64,000 bases of DNA from Truepera sp. (GTDB lineage: Bacteria > Deinococcota > Deinococci > Deinococcales > Trueperaceae). The DNA lies in NCBI GenBank assembly GCA_965218435.1, contig CBDCKW010000009.1:2688001-2752000 (forward strand), read 5' to 3'. Each line of letters begins with the position of its first letter. Positions within the stretch are counted from its first letter, which is position 1. Positions 47,962 to 58,623 of the stretch are shown one piece after another. A program made the position numbers and the translations under genes. The notes under the pieces are model-generated. The model searched no databases. It was not told where the DNA came from and saw only the letters and a program-made list of their open reading frames with translations.

Positions 47962-49218
47962 ATGTTCGCGTTAAGCTGCTTTGTGCTAGCTACCTTTCGC
48001 TCACTCAAACATCCCAACTTCCGCGCCCTCTGGTTGGGCCTCGCGCTTTCCGCGAGTGGCAGCTGGTTACAACTCGTCGGTCAGGGCCTGCTGGTGCTGC
48101 GGTTGTCGGGGGGGTCTGCACTCGCCCTCGGCGCAACGTCGCTGGCTCAGGGACTAGCCTTTTTTATCTTCGTCTTAGCGGGTGGCGTTTTGGCCGACCG
48201 GCTCGAGCCCCGCCGTATCTTATTCGTCACGCAAGGTGCCGCGCTCGTGTTTGCGCTGATCCTCAGCCTTTTGACCGTTTCCGGACTCGTCCGGGTGTGG
48301 TCGGTCGTGCTCTTAGCGTTTTTTAGCAGCGCCGTCTCGAGCTTTGATCAACCTGCTCGGGCCGCCCTCCTTCCAAGGCTCGTCCCTGAAGAAGATTTAG
48401 GAAACGCCGTCGCGCTGCAAACCTTGGCGTTTAATACGGCGGCGACGCTCGGGCCGACGTTGGCGGGCGTATGTATCGCCTGGTTGGGGTTTTCCGGAAC
48501 CTTTTTTCTCAACGCGGTGAGTTTTTTAGGCGTGTTAGCCGCGCTCGTCTGGATGCGCGTCCCCGCTAGAGAGGGTAACGGCGAAGCCTTGGGCCGACTG
48601 TCTCCGGCGGCATTTTTTAGCTCGAGCTTAGAAGGCATCGCCGCCGTTCGGGGCAACGCGATGTTGTCGTTTGCCCTCTCAGCGTACGGCGTCATGCTCT
48701 TAGTCGGGCCGTCAACCTCGTTTTTGCTGCCACTCTTAGCCACCAAAGTGCTCGGTGCCAGCGAAACCCAGCTCGGTTTGATGTTTTCAGCTGCCGGGAT
48801 CGGCGCAATCGGCGGTGCGCTCGTTACCGCGTCTCTCGCCACCGGGGTCAGCAAAGTCCGGTTTCTGTTACTCTGCCTCGCCGTTTGGTCCGGCGCGATG
48901 GTCGGCATCGGGGTGCTCAGAAGCTTTTGGGTGGTGCTGCCCGTTCTTTTCATCTGGGGCGCGGCGCGTAACGCCGTCGGCACGACCGCCAGCGCCATTT
49001 TGCAGCTCAACGTCGCCGACGCGCTGAGAGCGCGGGTGATGAGCCTTAACGCGCTGATCGTTATGGGCGCACGCCCACTCGGAGACTTCGGGTTGGCGCT
49101 CCTTGTGAGCGCGTTTTCGGTCGCCCCGGTCATTTTGGGCGGCGCGGCGATTGTCGGGGTACAGACGGTGTTTTTAACCTTGAGGCGGCACGCGATCACA
49201 AGCGTGGAGCGAAGCTAA
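47962..49218 (+). CDS. MFS transporter (start ATG 47962 or GTG 47983)
   Basis: About 12 TM helices; GGVLADR..RRIL, FDQPARAAL and LRARVMS. Confidence 0.88.
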   Translation: MFALSCFVLATFRSLKHPNFRALWLGLALSASGSWLQLVGQGLLVLRLSGGSALALGATSLAQGLAFFIFVLAGGVLADRLEPRRILFVTQGAALVFALILSLLTVSGLVRVWSVVLLAFFSSAVSSFDQPARAALLPRLVPEEDLGNAVALQTLAFNTAATLGPTLAGVCIAWLGFSGTFFLNAVSFLGVLAALVWMRVPAREGNGEALGRLSPAAFFSSSLEGIAAVRGNAMLSFALSAYGVMLLVGPSTSFLLPLLATKVLGASETQLGLMFSAAGIGAIGGALVTASLATGVSKVRFLLLCLAVWSGAMVGIGVLRSFWVVLPVLFIWGAARNAVGTTASAILQLNVADALRARVMSLNALIVMGARPLGDFGLALLVSAFSVAPVILGGAAIVGVQTVFLTLRRHAITSVERS

Positions 49219-49244
49219 TCGGTCGGCCTCCGGTAAACTGGGCT

Positions 49245-49424
49245 ATGGCGGACGCTCATGAGCTAAAGATAAGCAAAAACGAACACCCTGAGCTGTTCGA
49301 GCAGGTTGAAGAAGCCCTTTGCAGCGGAGAAAGTTCAGTGGTGCTGGGCGATAAGACCTATGAGATTGTAAGCTCGCAAGTATCTTTAGACGCCGACGCC
49401 TCGTTTATTTTGGTCGAGGTTTGA
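49245..49424 (+). CDS. Small 59-aa acidic hypothetical protein (not in the ORF track)
   Basis: MADAHELKISKNEHPELFEQVEEAL...FILVEV*; TAAACT 5 nt before the ATG. Confidence 0.45.
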   Translation: MADAHELKISKNEHPELFEQVEEALCSGESSVVLGDKTYEIVSSQVSLDADASFILVEV

Positions 49425-49532
49425 TTTAGCTTGACGCGTGTCAGCTAACATCTGAACTTGTACCTCGAGGATTTACGTTTAGTGATGATGTTTGTGGATT
49501 GGAATTTCGGTCAGCACTTGCGCTTTCCAAAA

Positions 49533-50177
49533 TTAGCAGAATACGAAAGTCAAAGTGCGGAGCGCAACAAACGACGATCCAAGCGCGGCAAAAAGCAGAT
49601 AGCTGCTTGGCGAAACGGCGTTGGCCTCGAGCCACGTTTGCGTTAGCGACGCGGCTTCGGCGTTGCCGAGCGTGGTGAGGTGCTGCCCGATTTTTTGAGG
49701 CGTCGCTGCCTGAAAGATGTCGCTGGCCGATGCGGAGTAGATACGTTCCGGCAGGACCGCCTCGGCTCCAACACCTTGGACAAAGTTACCAACTTGCGCC
49801 GAAGTCACGTAGGTATAGGAGCGTTTGGGAAAGCCTACATAAGTTTTAGGGTCTAAAAAACGGACATAGAGGTTGAGCAGCACGTAGCTGCGCGCGGCTG
49901 GGCAGTCTGACGTGTGGGGAATGTTGCGGGTCTCGAGCTGCGTTTTTAGCGTGTTAAAAACTTCTTGACGTACGTGCTGACGTATCATAGGAGAAAGGGT
50001 GACGGCTTCGGTCTCGAGCTGAACCGATGAAGCGTCCAGACAAAACGTGACGCCGACGAGTTGCGGCGCGGGCGTGCCGTGGTCGGCCCAAACCGGCGTC
50101 AAACCGGACAAGACCAACAGTCCTAGCACAGTGATGAGCTTAAACAAAAAAGCTCCCAGCCTAAAGCTGAGAGCCAA
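49533..50177 (-). CDS. Hypothetical secreted protein with C-terminal membrane anchor
   Basis: Signal-like N-terminus and hydrophobic C-terminus; start uncertain. Confidence 0.55.
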   Translation of the reverse strand: MALSFRLGAFLFKLITVLGLLVLSGLTPVWADHGTPAPQLVGVTFCLDASSVQLETEAVTLSPMIRQHVRQEVFNTLKTQLETRNIPHTSDCPAARSYVLLNLYVRFLDPKTYVGFPKRSYTYVTSAQVGNFVQGVGAEAVLPERIYSASASDIFQAATPQKIGQHLTTLGNAEAASLTQTWLEANAVSPSSYLLFAALGSSFVALRTLTFVFC

Positions 50178-50199
50178 AATACCAGACGTTTGCAGCTTG

Positions 50200-50562
50200 T
50201 TAGGCAGCGTCCGTCACGAGTTCGATCAGTGCTTCTTGCGCACCGTCGCCGCGGCGCGTTTCTAAACGGTAGATACGGGTGTAACCACCCGGACGCGTGC
50301 TAAACGAAGGGGCGATTTCGTCCATCAGCTTACGAACGATAACGATGTCGTGAATCTCTTTAAGGACCAGACGCCGCGCGTGCAGGTCGCCGCCTTTAGC
50401 GGTCGTGATCAGTTTTTCGACGTAAGGCCGCAGGTTTTTGGCCTTAGCGACGGTGGTTTTGATTCGGCCGTGGCGAAATAGCGAGGTCGCCTGTGACCGT
50501 GCGAGGGCGGTGCGGTGGCTGCTGCTGCGGCTCAGCTTACGCCCACTAGACATATGTCTCAT
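50200..50562 (-). CDS. rplQ: 50S ribosomal protein L17
   Basis: MRH...[17 protein letters not shown] and RRGDGA. Confidence 0.96.
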   Translation of the reverse strand: MRHMSSGRKLSRSSSHRTALARSQATSLFRHGRIKTTVAKAKNLRPYVEKLITTAKGGDLHARRLVLKEIHDIVIVRKLMDEIAPSFSTRPGGYTRIYRLETRRGDGAQEALIELVTDAA

Positions 50563-50565
50563 GAC

Positions 50566-51513
50566 CTACTCCTTTAGTTCAAAGCCCTGCGCTTGCAGGC
50601 GCTCTTTGATTTCCTCGAGCGACTTGTCCCCGACGCCGCCGACTTTTTTAAGGTCGCGTTCGGACAACGCGAGCAGTGCGTCAACCGAGTCAATACCTTC
50701 TTCTTGCAGCGAATGAAGCACGCGGCTCGAGAGGTCTAAGCTCTCTAAAGTGACCTGGGTGGCCTCGCCCCGGCCTACAGCGGCGGGTTCCGAAGCGGCG
50801 GCGCTCGAGGTCGTCGGCGCGGCGATCACCGGTACCGGCTCTTCAAACTCACCGCCGCTAAAGACTGAGAGCTGGTTCCGCAAGGTGTCAACCGCACTCT
50901 CTAACGCCTCTTTAGGCGAGACGCTACCGTCGGTCCAAACGCGCAACACCAGACGGTCAAGGTCGGTCTTTTGCCCAACCCGGGTGTCTTCAACGCGGTA
51001 GGCGACGCGGCGCACGGGGGTAAAGACAGCGTCCACCGGAATCGAATTGATCCGGTCTTTGGTCGCGTGAATCTCTGCCGGAACGTAACCGATCCCCGGT
51101 TCGACGCGCACTTCCATCACGAGCTTGCCGCCCCCCGTAAGCGTAGCGAGGTACAACTCGGGGTTGACGACGGACGCGCCCATCGGGACTTCGAAGTCTC
51201 CAGCTGTCACTGGCCCCGCACGTTCGGCGCGGAGCGTCAAGGTGACCGGCTCGTTGTCGTGCAGCTTGACGACCAATTCTTTGAGGTTGAGGATGAGCTG
51301 CATCACGTCCTCTTTCATCCCCTCGATAGTTGAAAACTCGTGCAACACGTCTTCGATATAGACGCTCGTCACGGCGGTCCCGGCAACCGACGAGAGCAAG
51401 ATGCGCCTCAGCGGGTTACCGATGGTGACGCCGTAGCCGCGGGGCAGCGGTTCGACCGTAAACTCGCCGTACTGCTCGCCGACGCGGGCCTTAAATTCAG
51501 GTGTGATCTGCAC
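50566..51513 (-). CDS. rpoA: RNA polymerase alpha subunit
   Basis: EPLPRGYGVTIGNPLRRILLSS and VLHEFS. Confidence 0.97.
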   Translation of the reverse strand: MQITPEFKARVGEQYGEFTVEPLPRGYGVTIGNPLRRILLSSVAGTAVTSVYIEDVLHEFSTIEGMKEDVMQLILNLKELVVKLHDNEPVTLTLRAERAGPVTAGDFEVPMGASVVNPELYLATLTGGGKLVMEVRVEPGIGYVPAEIHATKDRINSIPVDAVFTPVRRVAYRVEDTRVGQKTDLDRLVLRVWTDGSVSPKEALESAVDTLRNQLSVFSGGEFEEPVPVIAAPTTSSAAASEPAAVGRGEATQVTLESLDLSSRVLHSLQEEGIDSVDALLALSERDLKKVGGVGDKSLEEIKERLQAQGFELKE

Positions 51514-51544
51514 CGTAAACTCCTGTTCTGGTCAAGTCTAGGCG

Positions 51545-52162
51545 CTATCTCGAGTAGTACTCGATGACCTGAAGTTCGTTGACGGGAACGCTCAGGTCTT
51601 CGCGGGCGGGCAAACGCTGAAACTTACCCTTTAAGGACTCTGAATCGAACTCGAGCCACGGGCTGAGTCTCCCCCGTTTGCGCGCTTCGACGTTGCCTTT
51701 GATGATTTCGTTACTCCGGCTACGTGTTGCCACGGCGATCTCATCGCCCGGTTTGACGCGGTACGACGGGACATCAACCGGTTTGCCGTTGACCGTAATG
51801 TGCTTGTGCGAGACGAGCTGCCGTGCTTGACGGCGGGTGTGCGCGATCCCGAGACGGAATACCACATTGTCGAGGCGGGACTCGAGCAGCTGTAAAAACA
51901 CCGCGCCGGTCGCGCCCTCTTGACGCACGGCGTCGTCAAACAGCGTGCGAAATTGCTTTTCGCTCATGTTGTAGAGGCGGCGCAGCTTCTGCTTTTCACG
52001 GAGGCGGACGCCATAGTCCGAAATCTTACGGCCCCGGCGCTGCCCGTGTTGTCCCGGAGGGTAAGGGCGGCGCTCCATGTATTTTTGTACTTTTGGCGTC
52101 TCCGCGAGGTTGACCCCTTCGCGGCGACTCAGCTTGACGATCGGTTCTCTCTGACGACCCAT
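51545..52162 (-). CDS. rpsD: 30S ribosomal protein S4
   Basis: PPGQHG, LREKQK and [13 protein letters not shown]. Confidence 0.97.
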   Translation of the reverse strand: MGRQREPIVKLSRREGVNLAETPKVQKYMERRPYPPGQHGQRRGRKISDYGVRLREKQKLRRLYNMSEKQFRTLFDDAVRQEGATGAVFLQLLESRLDNVVFRLGIAHTRRQARQLVSHKHITVNGKPVDVPSYRVKPGDEIAVATRSRSNEIIKGNVEARKRGRLSPWLEFDSESLKGKFQRLPAREDLSVPVNELQVIEYYSR

Positions 52163-52189
52163 AGTTCTCCCTTAGTAGCAGGTGCTAGT

Positions 52190-52588
52190 TTATTTGAGGC
52201 GCTGGCGTTTGGTAAGGCGGCAACCGTTGTGCGCCACCGGCGTCGCGTCAATGATCGAGCGCACGTTGACGCCCGTCGCCTGAATTGAACGAATCGCTTG
52301 CTCACGGCCCGAGCCGGTGCCGCGGATGACGATATCGAGCTGGCTCACACCCATGTTCTGCGCTTTACGGGTCGCGTCGGCGGCGGCGAGCTGCGCGGCG
52401 TAAGGCGTCCCTTTTTTCGAGCCTTTGTACCCAATGCTGCCCGAACTCGACCACGCGACGGTGTTGCCGTCCATGTCGGTAATCGTCACGATGGTGTTGT
52501 TGTACGACGCGTGGATATAGACCTTACCTTCGGCGAGGTTACGTCTGACGCGTTTTTTGGTTTTGTTTCTCGCGGCTTGTCTGCTCAT
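52190..52588 (-). CDS. rpsK: 30S ribosomal protein S11
   Basis: HASYNNTIVTITD, KGTPYAAQ and HNGCR. Confidence 0.97.
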   Translation of the reverse strand: MSRQAARNKTKKRVRRNLAEGKVYIHASYNNTIVTITDMDGNTVAWSSSGSIGYKGSKKGTPYAAQLAAADATRKAQNMGVSQLDIVIRGTGSGREQAIRSIQATGVNVRSIIDATPVAHNGCRLTKRQRLK

Positions 52589-52597
52589 GGGGTCCCC

Positions 52598-52978
52598 TTA
52601 CTTCTTCGCGGCTTTCTTCTTGCCTGCGACGGTGCGGCGCGGCCCCTTGCGGGTGCGGGCGTTGGTTTTGGTCGATTGACCGCGAACTGGCAGGCCGCGA
52701 CGATGCCGTAAACCCCGGTAGCAGCCAATATCCATCAGCCGTTTGATGTTGAGCTGAATTTCGCGGCGGAGGTCGCCTTCGACCTTATAGGTCTTTTCGA
52801 CGATTTCACGGAGGCGCGCGACTTCGGTTTCCGCGAGGTCTTTGACCCGCGTGTCGGGGCTCACACCTGCTTCGGCTAAAACCTGCTGCGAGCGGGTCAG
52901 GCCGATGCCGTAGATGTAAGGAAGCGCGTACTCGATACGCTTATCACGGGGAAGGTCGATACCGGCAATTCGCGCCAT
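52598..52978 (-). CDS. rpsM: 30S ribosomal protein S13
   Basis: [10 protein letters not shown] and [14 protein letters not shown]. Confidence 0.97.
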   Translation of the reverse strand: MARIAGIDLPRDKRIEYALPYIYGIGLTRSQQVLAEAGVSPDTRVKDLAETEVARLREIVEKTYKVEGDLRREIQLNIKRLMDIGCYRGLRHRRGLPVRGQSTKTNARTRKGPRRTVAGKKKAAKK

Positions 52979-52979
52979 A

Positions 52980-53096
52980 CTAGCCCTGCCTTTGCTTGTG
53001 CTTCGGGTTGACCGAGCAGATCACGAACACTTTGCCGTGGCGACGAATGACTTTGCATTTGTCGCAGATCGGCTTAACGGACGCACGTACTTTCAT
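52980..53096 (-). CDS. rpmJ: 50S ribosomal protein L36
   Basis: Hand translation [38 protein letters not shown]. Confidence 0.95.
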   Translation of the reverse strand: MKVRASVKPICDKCKVIRRHGKVFVICSVNPKHKQRQG

Positions 53097-53108
53097 CTTT
53101 TCTCCTCG

Positions 53109-53390
53109 TTATTTTCGGTAGACAATACGGCCCTTTTCGGGGTCGTAGGTGCTGATTTCTAAAACGACGCGGTCGCCGGGGAGGATGCGGATGTAGTGCC
53201 TGCGCATCTTACCGCCGACGTGGGCTAAAATTTCCGGCCCAGCGTCTAACTGAACTAAAAACGTCGTATTGGGACGCGCCTCGAGCACCACTCCTTCAGT
53301 GCGAATTGAATCGAGCGTCGTCTCTTCGGGGCGCTCGGGGCGCTCTTTGGGTGGACCTCTGCGGCCTCCGCCTGATCTACTACGCGCCAC
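53109..53390 (-). CDS. infA: Translation initiation factor IF-1 (N-terminally extended)
   Basis: [13 protein letters not shown] and [19 protein letters not shown] after AGGAGG. Confidence 0.95.
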   Translation of the reverse strand: MARSRSGGGRRGPPKERPERPEETTLDSIRTEGVVLEARPNTTFLVQLDAGPEILAHVGGKMRRHYIRILPGDRVVLEISTYDPEKGRIVYRK

Positions 53391-54180
53391 GTACACCTCC
53401 TTCGTAAATGGGCGCACCTGCCATGGTCAGCACGCGCGGCCCTGCTTCGGTAATCGCAACCGTATGCTCGAAATGAGCTGCCCACGACCGGTTGACCGTC
53501 GGCGCGGTCCAACCGTCAGCTAAAATCTTGATCTCGGTTTTCGTTTCGGTTACCATCGGTTCGATAGCCAAAACTAAACCCGGTCTGAGCCGCGCCCCGG
53601 TACCGGCGCGGCCATAATTTGGCACATCCGGCGACTCGTGAAACGAGCTGCCGATTCCGTGACCGACGAATTCTCTGACAACCCAAAAGCCCTCAGCTTC
53701 AACGGTTTTTTGAATCGCCGCTGCCACGTCGCCCAAACGGCCCCCAGGCTGCGCCGCTACAATACCCGCGTAAAGCGAGCGTTCAGTGGCATTTAACAGC
53801 GCCTGGATACGTTTAGAAACGCTGCCGATAGCGTAGGTCTTGGCCATGTCAGCGGCATAACCTTTGTAGAATAACCCAATGTCAACCGAAACGATGTCGC
53901 CGTTATGTAAGGGTTTGCGGTCAGGAATGCCGTGAACGACCACCTCGTTGACTGAGGTGCAGAGCGTACCGGGAAACGGCACTGTAGCTGAACTCGAGCC
54001 CCGGTAGCCCTTAAAGGCTGGCGTCGCGCCTTTTGAGAGAATGTATTCTTCAGCTGCAGCGTTTAGCTCGGCGGTTGACACGCCCGGCTGAAGCAGCGGT
54101 TCGATGGACTCTAACGCCTCACGGTTGATGACGGCGGCCTGGACCATCGCGTCAATCTCCCGAGCACTTTTTAAGATCAT
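53380..54180 (-). CDS. map: Methionine aminopeptidase type I
   Basis: [26 protein letters not shown] and AHFEHT. Confidence 0.96.
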   Translation of the reverse strand: MILKSAREIDAMVQAAVINREALESIEPLLQPGVSTAELNAAAEEYILSKGATPAFKGYRGSSSATVPFPGTLCTSVNEVVVHGIPDRKPLHNGDIVSVDIGLFYKGYAADMAKTYAIGSVSKRIQALLNATERSLYAGIVAAQPGGRLGDVAAAIQKTVEAEGFWVVREFVGHGIGSSFHESPDVPNYGRAGTGARLRPGLVLAIEPMVTETKTEIKILADGWTAPTVNRSWAAHFEHTVAITEAGPRVLTMAGAPIYEGGVRGA

Positions 54181-54204
54181 AAAGAGACCTTCATGACCAG
54201 ACCT

Positions 54205-54771
54205 TCATGATAGTACCTCGGAGATGTTGGCGAACACCTCTTCAACCGTTCCGGTACCTGTTACGCGGCGCAGTTTGCCCCGCACCTCGTAGTATTCCAA
54301 CAAGGGCGCGGTCTGCTCGGTGTAAACCTGCATCCGGGTGCGAATGGTCTCTTCGTTATCGTCAGTACGGCCTTGCTCTTCTGCACGTTTAACCAAGCGG
54401 GCGACGAGTTCGTCAACGTCAACCTCGAGCAAGATCGCCGCAGTGATTGCTGCGTCAAGCTCTTGCAGCAGCCCATCTAACGCTTCGGCTTGAACCGTGG
54501 TCCGCGGAAACCCGTCGAGCAAGACCCTGACCGCTGAAGCTTCCTCTAACTCACTCCGCACCATCGCCACGATCAGCTCGTCGGAAACAAGCTGACCGGC
54601 TTCCATCACCTGCTTGGCTACCCGGCCGACGTCGGTTTCCCGCTTCACGTGGTCACGGAGCATATCGCCGGTTGAAAGCTTCGTTAAGCGGCGGGCACGC
54701 GCCAGCTTTTCGGCTTGCGTGCCTTTGCCAGCTCCAGGCGGGCCGACGAGCAGAAGAACTTCAGAATTCAT
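54205..54771 (-). CDS. adk: Adenylate kinase (short LID)
   Basis: GPPGAGKGTQ, STGDMLR and LDGFPR. Confidence 0.96.
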   Translation of the reverse strand: MNSEVLLLVGPPGAGKGTQAEKLARARRLTKLSTGDMLRDHVKRETDVGRVAKQVMEAGQLVSDELIVAMVRSELEEASAVRVLLDGFPRTTVQAEALDGLLQELDAAITAAILLEVDVDELVARLVKRAEEQGRTDDNEETIRTRMQVYTEQTAPLLEYYEVRGKLRRVTGTGTVEEVFANISEVLS

Positions 54772-56084
54772 CAAAAACGCCGCCCACGCCCGCGAATCCG
54801 GCCGCGGCTGACGAAGCCGTCGTAGTGGCGCATTTTAAGTTGAGACTCGAGCTGGCGCAAGGTATCTAACGCTACCCCGACGACAATCAAGAGGCCAATC
54901 CCGGAAAACACCAACGAGAGCTGCCCTTGGCCGGTAATCCACCCCAAAATCTGCGGTAAGGCGTTGACCAGTCCGAGAAACAGCGCACCCCACAAGGTGA
55001 TGCGGTTCGTGATCCGGGTTAGATGTTCGGTCGTTTGCTGCCCCGGCCGTACCCCCGGTACAAACCCGCCGTACTCGCGCAGGTTTTCCGAAATGCGTTT
55101 AGGATCAAACGAAATCTGCGTATAAAAGTAGGTAAACGCAACGATCAGCAGCGTACTGACAATTAGTCCCTGCCAGTTCGACGGATTAAACCACACCGCT
55201 GCCGACTGCAACCAAACGACGTTGGGGAACGCCGAAATCAGCGTCGTCGGAATGACGAGCACCGACACCGCAAAGATCACCGGAATGACCCCGGCGGCGT
55301 TGAGGCGCATTGGGATATAGGTACTTTGCCCCCCCATGACGCGGCGGCCGACGACTTTACGGGCGTACTGTACCGGGATACGGCGTTCAGCTTGCTGGAT
55401 TAACACCATCCCGGCAATCGCCACGACTAACAGCGCAAAAAAGATGATAATGCCGATCAGGTTCGATTCGCCGGTACCGACGAGCGCGATGTTTTGCGCG
55501 ATGGCTTGCGGATACGCCGCGACGATCCCGGCATAAATAATCAGCGAGATGCCGTTGCCAATCCCGTATTCGGTAATTTTTTCGCCCAAATACATAACCA
55601 CGGCGATCCCGGCGATTTGGGTAATCAGCACGGTCAACCAAAAAAACGGCCCGTTACTCCAACCGACCCTAAGCGCACCGGAAGGCCCAATGACGGCGGT
55701 GGCTAAGAAAAGCCCCTGCACCGCGCCGAGTCCGAGCGCCGCGTAGCGCGTGTACTGCGTGATCTTTCGCCGTCCTTCTTCACCCTCTTTGGAAAGTTTT
55801 TCTAGTGGCGGGTAGATCGAGGTTAAGAGCTGAAAGATAATGCTCGCCGTGATGTACGGAATCACGCCGAGCGCGAACACCGAGAACTGCTTGATGTTGC
55901 CGCCCGAGATAAAGCCTAAAAGTTCGAAGACGCCGTTGTTCAGCTGACCCTGAAGCGCCTGCGCGTCAACCCCCGGCGTCGGGATAAAAACGCCCAAGCG
56001 GTAGACTGACAAAAGCCCGATGACAATGAGCAGTTTAGCCCGCAGGTCAGGGATGCGAAAGGCGTTTCCGAAAGCGGAGAGCAT
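54771..56084 (-). CDS. secY: Preprotein translocase subunit SecY
   Basis: FALGVIPYITASII, GIGNGISL and AGVIPVIFA. Confidence 0.97.
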   Translation of the reverse strand: MLSAFGNAFRIPDLRAKLLIVIGLLSVYRLGVFIPTPGVDAQALQGQLNNGVFELLGFISGGNIKQFSVFALGVIPYITASIIFQLLTSIYPPLEKLSKEGEEGRRKITQYTRYAALGLGAVQGLFLATAVIGPSGALRVGWSNGPFFWLTVLITQIAGIAVVMYLGEKITEYGIGNGISLIIYAGIVAAYPQAIAQNIALVGTGESNLIGIIIFFALLVVAIAGMVLIQQAERRIPVQYARKVVGRRVMGGQSTYIPMRLNAAGVIPVIFAVSVLVIPTTLISAFPNVVWLQSAAVWFNPSNWQGLIVSTLLIVAFTYFYTQISFDPKRISENLREYGGFVPGVRPGQQTTEHLTRITNRITLWGALFLGLVNALPQILGWITGQGQLSLVFSGIGLLIVVGVALDTLRQLESQLKMRHYDGFVSRGRIRGRGRRF

Positions 56085-56570
56085 CTAGTTCGGCCCTTCG
56101 GCCTGCGCTGGGTTGGAGTCTGCCAGGGTAGCGTCACCGACGACAGTACCGCCCGCGTTTTGCAAAGCCTGAACCGCACTGCGGCTGTAGGCGTCAACCT
56201 CGACGGTCAAGTTTTGCACCGTTACTTCACCATTCCCCAAGAGTTTGACTGGGCGGTCTGAATGCCGCACCACGCCCAGGTTACGGAGCGTTTCGGCGTT
56301 GACAGTTGCGCCCGCCTCAAAAGCGTTGAGGTGCTCTAGGTTGACAATCTGGTAGTCCGTATTGTGATGAATAAAGCCGCGTTTAGGTAGCCGCATCACG
56401 AGGCGCGAACGGCCCCCTTCCCAACCGGACCCTTGCGAGAAACCAGAACGGCTCGACTGTCCTTTTTGGCCGCGACCGGCAGTTTTGCCGTGACCGCTGC
56501 CTAAGCCTCGCCCGACCCGGCGGCGGTTCTTTTTCGCGCCGGGAGCCGGTTTTAAGTCGTTAAGTTTCAT
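56085..56570 (-). CDS. rplO: 50S ribosomal protein L15
   Basis: RVGRGLGSGHGKTAGRGQKGQ and RLPKRGF. Confidence 0.96.
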   Translation of the reverse strand: MKLNDLKPAPGAKKNRRRVGRGLGSGHGKTAGRGQKGQSSRSGFSQGSGWEGGRSRLVMRLPKRGFIHHNTDYQIVNLEHLNAFEAGATVNAETLRNLGVVRHSDRPVKLLGNGEVTVQNLTVEVDAYSRSAVQALQNAGGTVVGDATLADSNPAQAEGPN

Positions 56571-56572
56571 CC

Positions 56573-56740
56573 TTATCCTTCCACCTTAAAGAGGTACGAC
56601 ACCTTGTTCATCATGCCGCGAACGTCGGGCGTGTCTTTAAGGTCTCGAGTATCGCCGGTCTTTTTGAAACCGAGGGCGCGAACCGTTGCCTTTTGTTCTT
56701 TTTTAACGCCGATCAGAGAACGAACAAGTGTCGCTTTCAC
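56573..56740 (-). CDS. rpmD: 50S ribosomal protein L30
   Basis: Hand translation [11 protein letters not shown]...TVRALG...[14 protein letters not shown]. Confidence 0.93.
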   Translation of the reverse strand: MKATLVRSLIGVKKEQKATVRALGFKKTGDTRDLKDTPDVRGMMNKVSYLFKVEG

Positions 56741-57207
56741 CGCGCGTCTTGCCGTTCTTGCTTCGACTCTTCAAAGGTTTTAAGTTGCTTGAGGCCGTCG
56801 ATCACTGCGTAAGCGACGTTGGTTTGATTGCGTGAACCGAGTTCTTTGGTCAGCAGATTGCGAAAACCCGCCAGCTCGATAATCGCGCGCGGTACGCTCC
56901 CCGCAATCACGCCGGTTCCGGCACCTGCAGGTTTAAGCATCACGCGGCTCGTGCTGTGTGTCCCCAAAACTTCGTGAGGAATGGTTCCTGGCTCTTCGAT
57001 CGGCACTTCGATCAAATTACGACGCGCAACGTACTGACCTTTTTGAACGGCGATCGGCACCTCTTTGGCTTTGCCGAGACCGATACCTACACGGCCGTTA
57101 CGGTCCCCGATGGCGACCATCGCGCCGAAACGAAAGCGGCGGCCTCCCTGATAGGTTTTTGCGGTGCGGCGGATATAGATAACTTTATCTTCAAACTCTT
57201 CAGCCAT
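56737..57207 (-). CDS. rpsE: 30S ribosomal protein S5
   Basis: [14 protein letters not shown] and GTGVIAG. Confidence 0.96.
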   Translation of the reverse strand: MAEEFEDKVIYIRRTAKTYQGGRRFRFGAMVAIGDRNGRVGIGLGKAKEVPIAVQKGQYVARRNLIEVPIEEPGTIPHEVLGTHSTSRVMLKPAGAGTGVIAGSVPRAIIELAGFRNLLTKELGSRNQTNVAYAVIDGLKQLKTFEESKQERQDAR

Positions 57208-57554
57208 TAGAACTCGAGCCCTCCTTCACGGGCGCTCTCGGCGAGCGCCTTGATACGGCCGTGGTAGCGGTACGCGCCACGATCAAAGACAACGCGCTTC
57301 GCGCCAGCTTGCGCCGCACGTTCGGCGACAGCTTTGCCGACGGCGGCCGCTTGTTCGGTTTTATTGCCGGTAACGCCTAAGCTCTTGCTGTTCGCTTCGG
57401 CGATGGTACGCCCTTGGCCCATGTCAATGACTTGAGCGTAGATATGTCTGCTGCTGCGAAAAACGGTCAACCGCAGACGGTCGGTCGTAACAGGGCGTTG
57501 CAGCTTCCGGCGCGTGCGGAAGCGGCGACGCTCTTTGGTATGTAAAATTGTCAT
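57207..57554 (-). CDS. rplR: 50S ribosomal protein L18
   Basis: [14 protein letters not shown] and VVFDRG.YRYHGR. Confidence 0.96.
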   Translation of the reverse strand: MTILHTKERRRFRTRRKLQRPVTTDRLRLTVFRSSRHIYAQVIDMGQGRTIAEANSKSLGVTGNKTEQAAAVGKAVAERAAQAGAKRVVFDRGAYRYHGRIKALAESAREGGLEF

Positions 57555-57562
57555 AACTACTC

Positions 57563-58102
57563 CTAGCGGGCCGCGGTCTTACCGGGTTTGAGGCGAACTT
57601 GCTCGCCTTCGTACCGCACACCCTTGCCGTGGTATGAGTCGGGCGGACGAATTTCACGGATATTGGCGGCGACTTGACCGACAAGCTGCTTGTCAATCCC
57701 TGAAATCGTAATCGCAGTGGGTTGCGGCGCAGCAATCGTGATACCTTCGGGGGGTTCAAAAACCACCGGATGCGAGAAGCCGAGCTGAAGCTCTAACGCT
57801 TTGCCCCGCATCGCGCAGCGGTACCCGACCCCCTGAATCTGCAGGTTACGCGAATAGCCTTCAGTGACACCTTGAACTGCGTTATTCAGTAAGCTTCGGA
57901 TCAAGCCGTGTTGGGCGCGGTCACGGGGCGCGTCGGTGGGGCGTTCTAAGGTCACCACACCGCCCTCTTGGTTAAGTTTAAGGCGTGGGTTAAACGGCAC
58001 GACGAGTTGACCCTTCGGCCCTTTGACTGTCACCGAGGTTCTAGCGGCGCTGATCTCAACGCCTTGAGGCAGCGTGATGGGGGTACGTCCGATACGGCTC
58101 AC
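57563..58102 (-). CDS. rplF: 50S ribosomal protein L6
   Basis: SRIG, VKGPKG, GVGYR and [10 protein letters not shown]. Confidence 0.96.
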   Translation of the reverse strand: MSRIGRTPITLPQGVEISAARTSVTVKGPKGQLVVPFNPRLKLNQEGGVVTLERPTDAPRDRAQHGLIRSLLNNAVQGVTEGYSRNLQIQGVGYRCAMRGKALELQLGFSHPVVFEPPEGITIAAPQPTAITISGIDKQLVGQVAANIREIRPPDSYHGKGVRYEGEQVRLKPGKTAAR

Positions 58103-58497
58103 TACCACACCTCGCAGACGACTTCGCCGCCGACGTGGTGACGGCGCGCGTCGCGGTCAATCAGCAGACCTTGTGGCGTCGAGATAACGGCGACGCCGAG
58201 TCCGCCACGTACGACTGGGATATGCGTCGCTTTGGCGTAGGCGCGCCGTCCAGGTTTCGAGACGCGTTTAATCTCGTTGATAATAGGTGAACGCCTGGGG
58301 CCGTACTTGAGGCCGATACGCAGGACCGACTTACCGTCAACTTTGGTCTGCTCCACCGATTTGAGGTAACCCTCTTGAACAAGCACGTCGGCGAGCGACT
58401 TCTTAAACCTGCTCGCCGGCACGTCAACGGTTGCGGCGGCAATCGCCACGCCGTTGCGGATACGCGTCAGCATGTCAGCAATTGGATCCGTATACAT
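58102..58497 (-). CDS. rpsH: 30S ribosomal protein S8
   Basis: DPIADMLTRIRN, RVSKPG and GGEV. Confidence 0.97.
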   Translation of the reverse strand: MYTDPIADMLTRIRNGVAIAAATVDVPASRFKKSLADVLVQEGYLKSVEQTKVDGKSVLRIGLKYGPRRSPIINEIKRVSKPGRRAYAKATHIPVVRGGLGVAVISTPQGLLIDRDARRHHVGGEVVCEVW

Positions 58498-58520
58498 GAG
58501 TCTCCTAGTGTCTCCTTCGC

Positions 58521-58560
58521 CGGGGTTGGTCTTAGCACAAACGCGCTAACCATCACCCCG
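58521..58560 (-). other. Long bulged RNA hairpin upstream of rpsH
   Basis: CGGGGUGAUGGUUAGCGC-GUUU-GUGCUAAGACCAACCCCG. Confidence 0.5.
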
Positions 58561-58623
58561 TAAAAACGTTGTCTCAATTTACCAGCTTGGTTTACCAGCT
58601 AAACCGTTTACCGGCAGAGCCTT

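Noticed and set aside
48348..49199. 283-aa antisense ORF over the MFS gene, and many similar shadow ORFs (e.g. 21744..22421, 27187..27771)
   Set aside because: They overlap well-supported genes and have no recognisable motifs; expected in GC-rich DNA.
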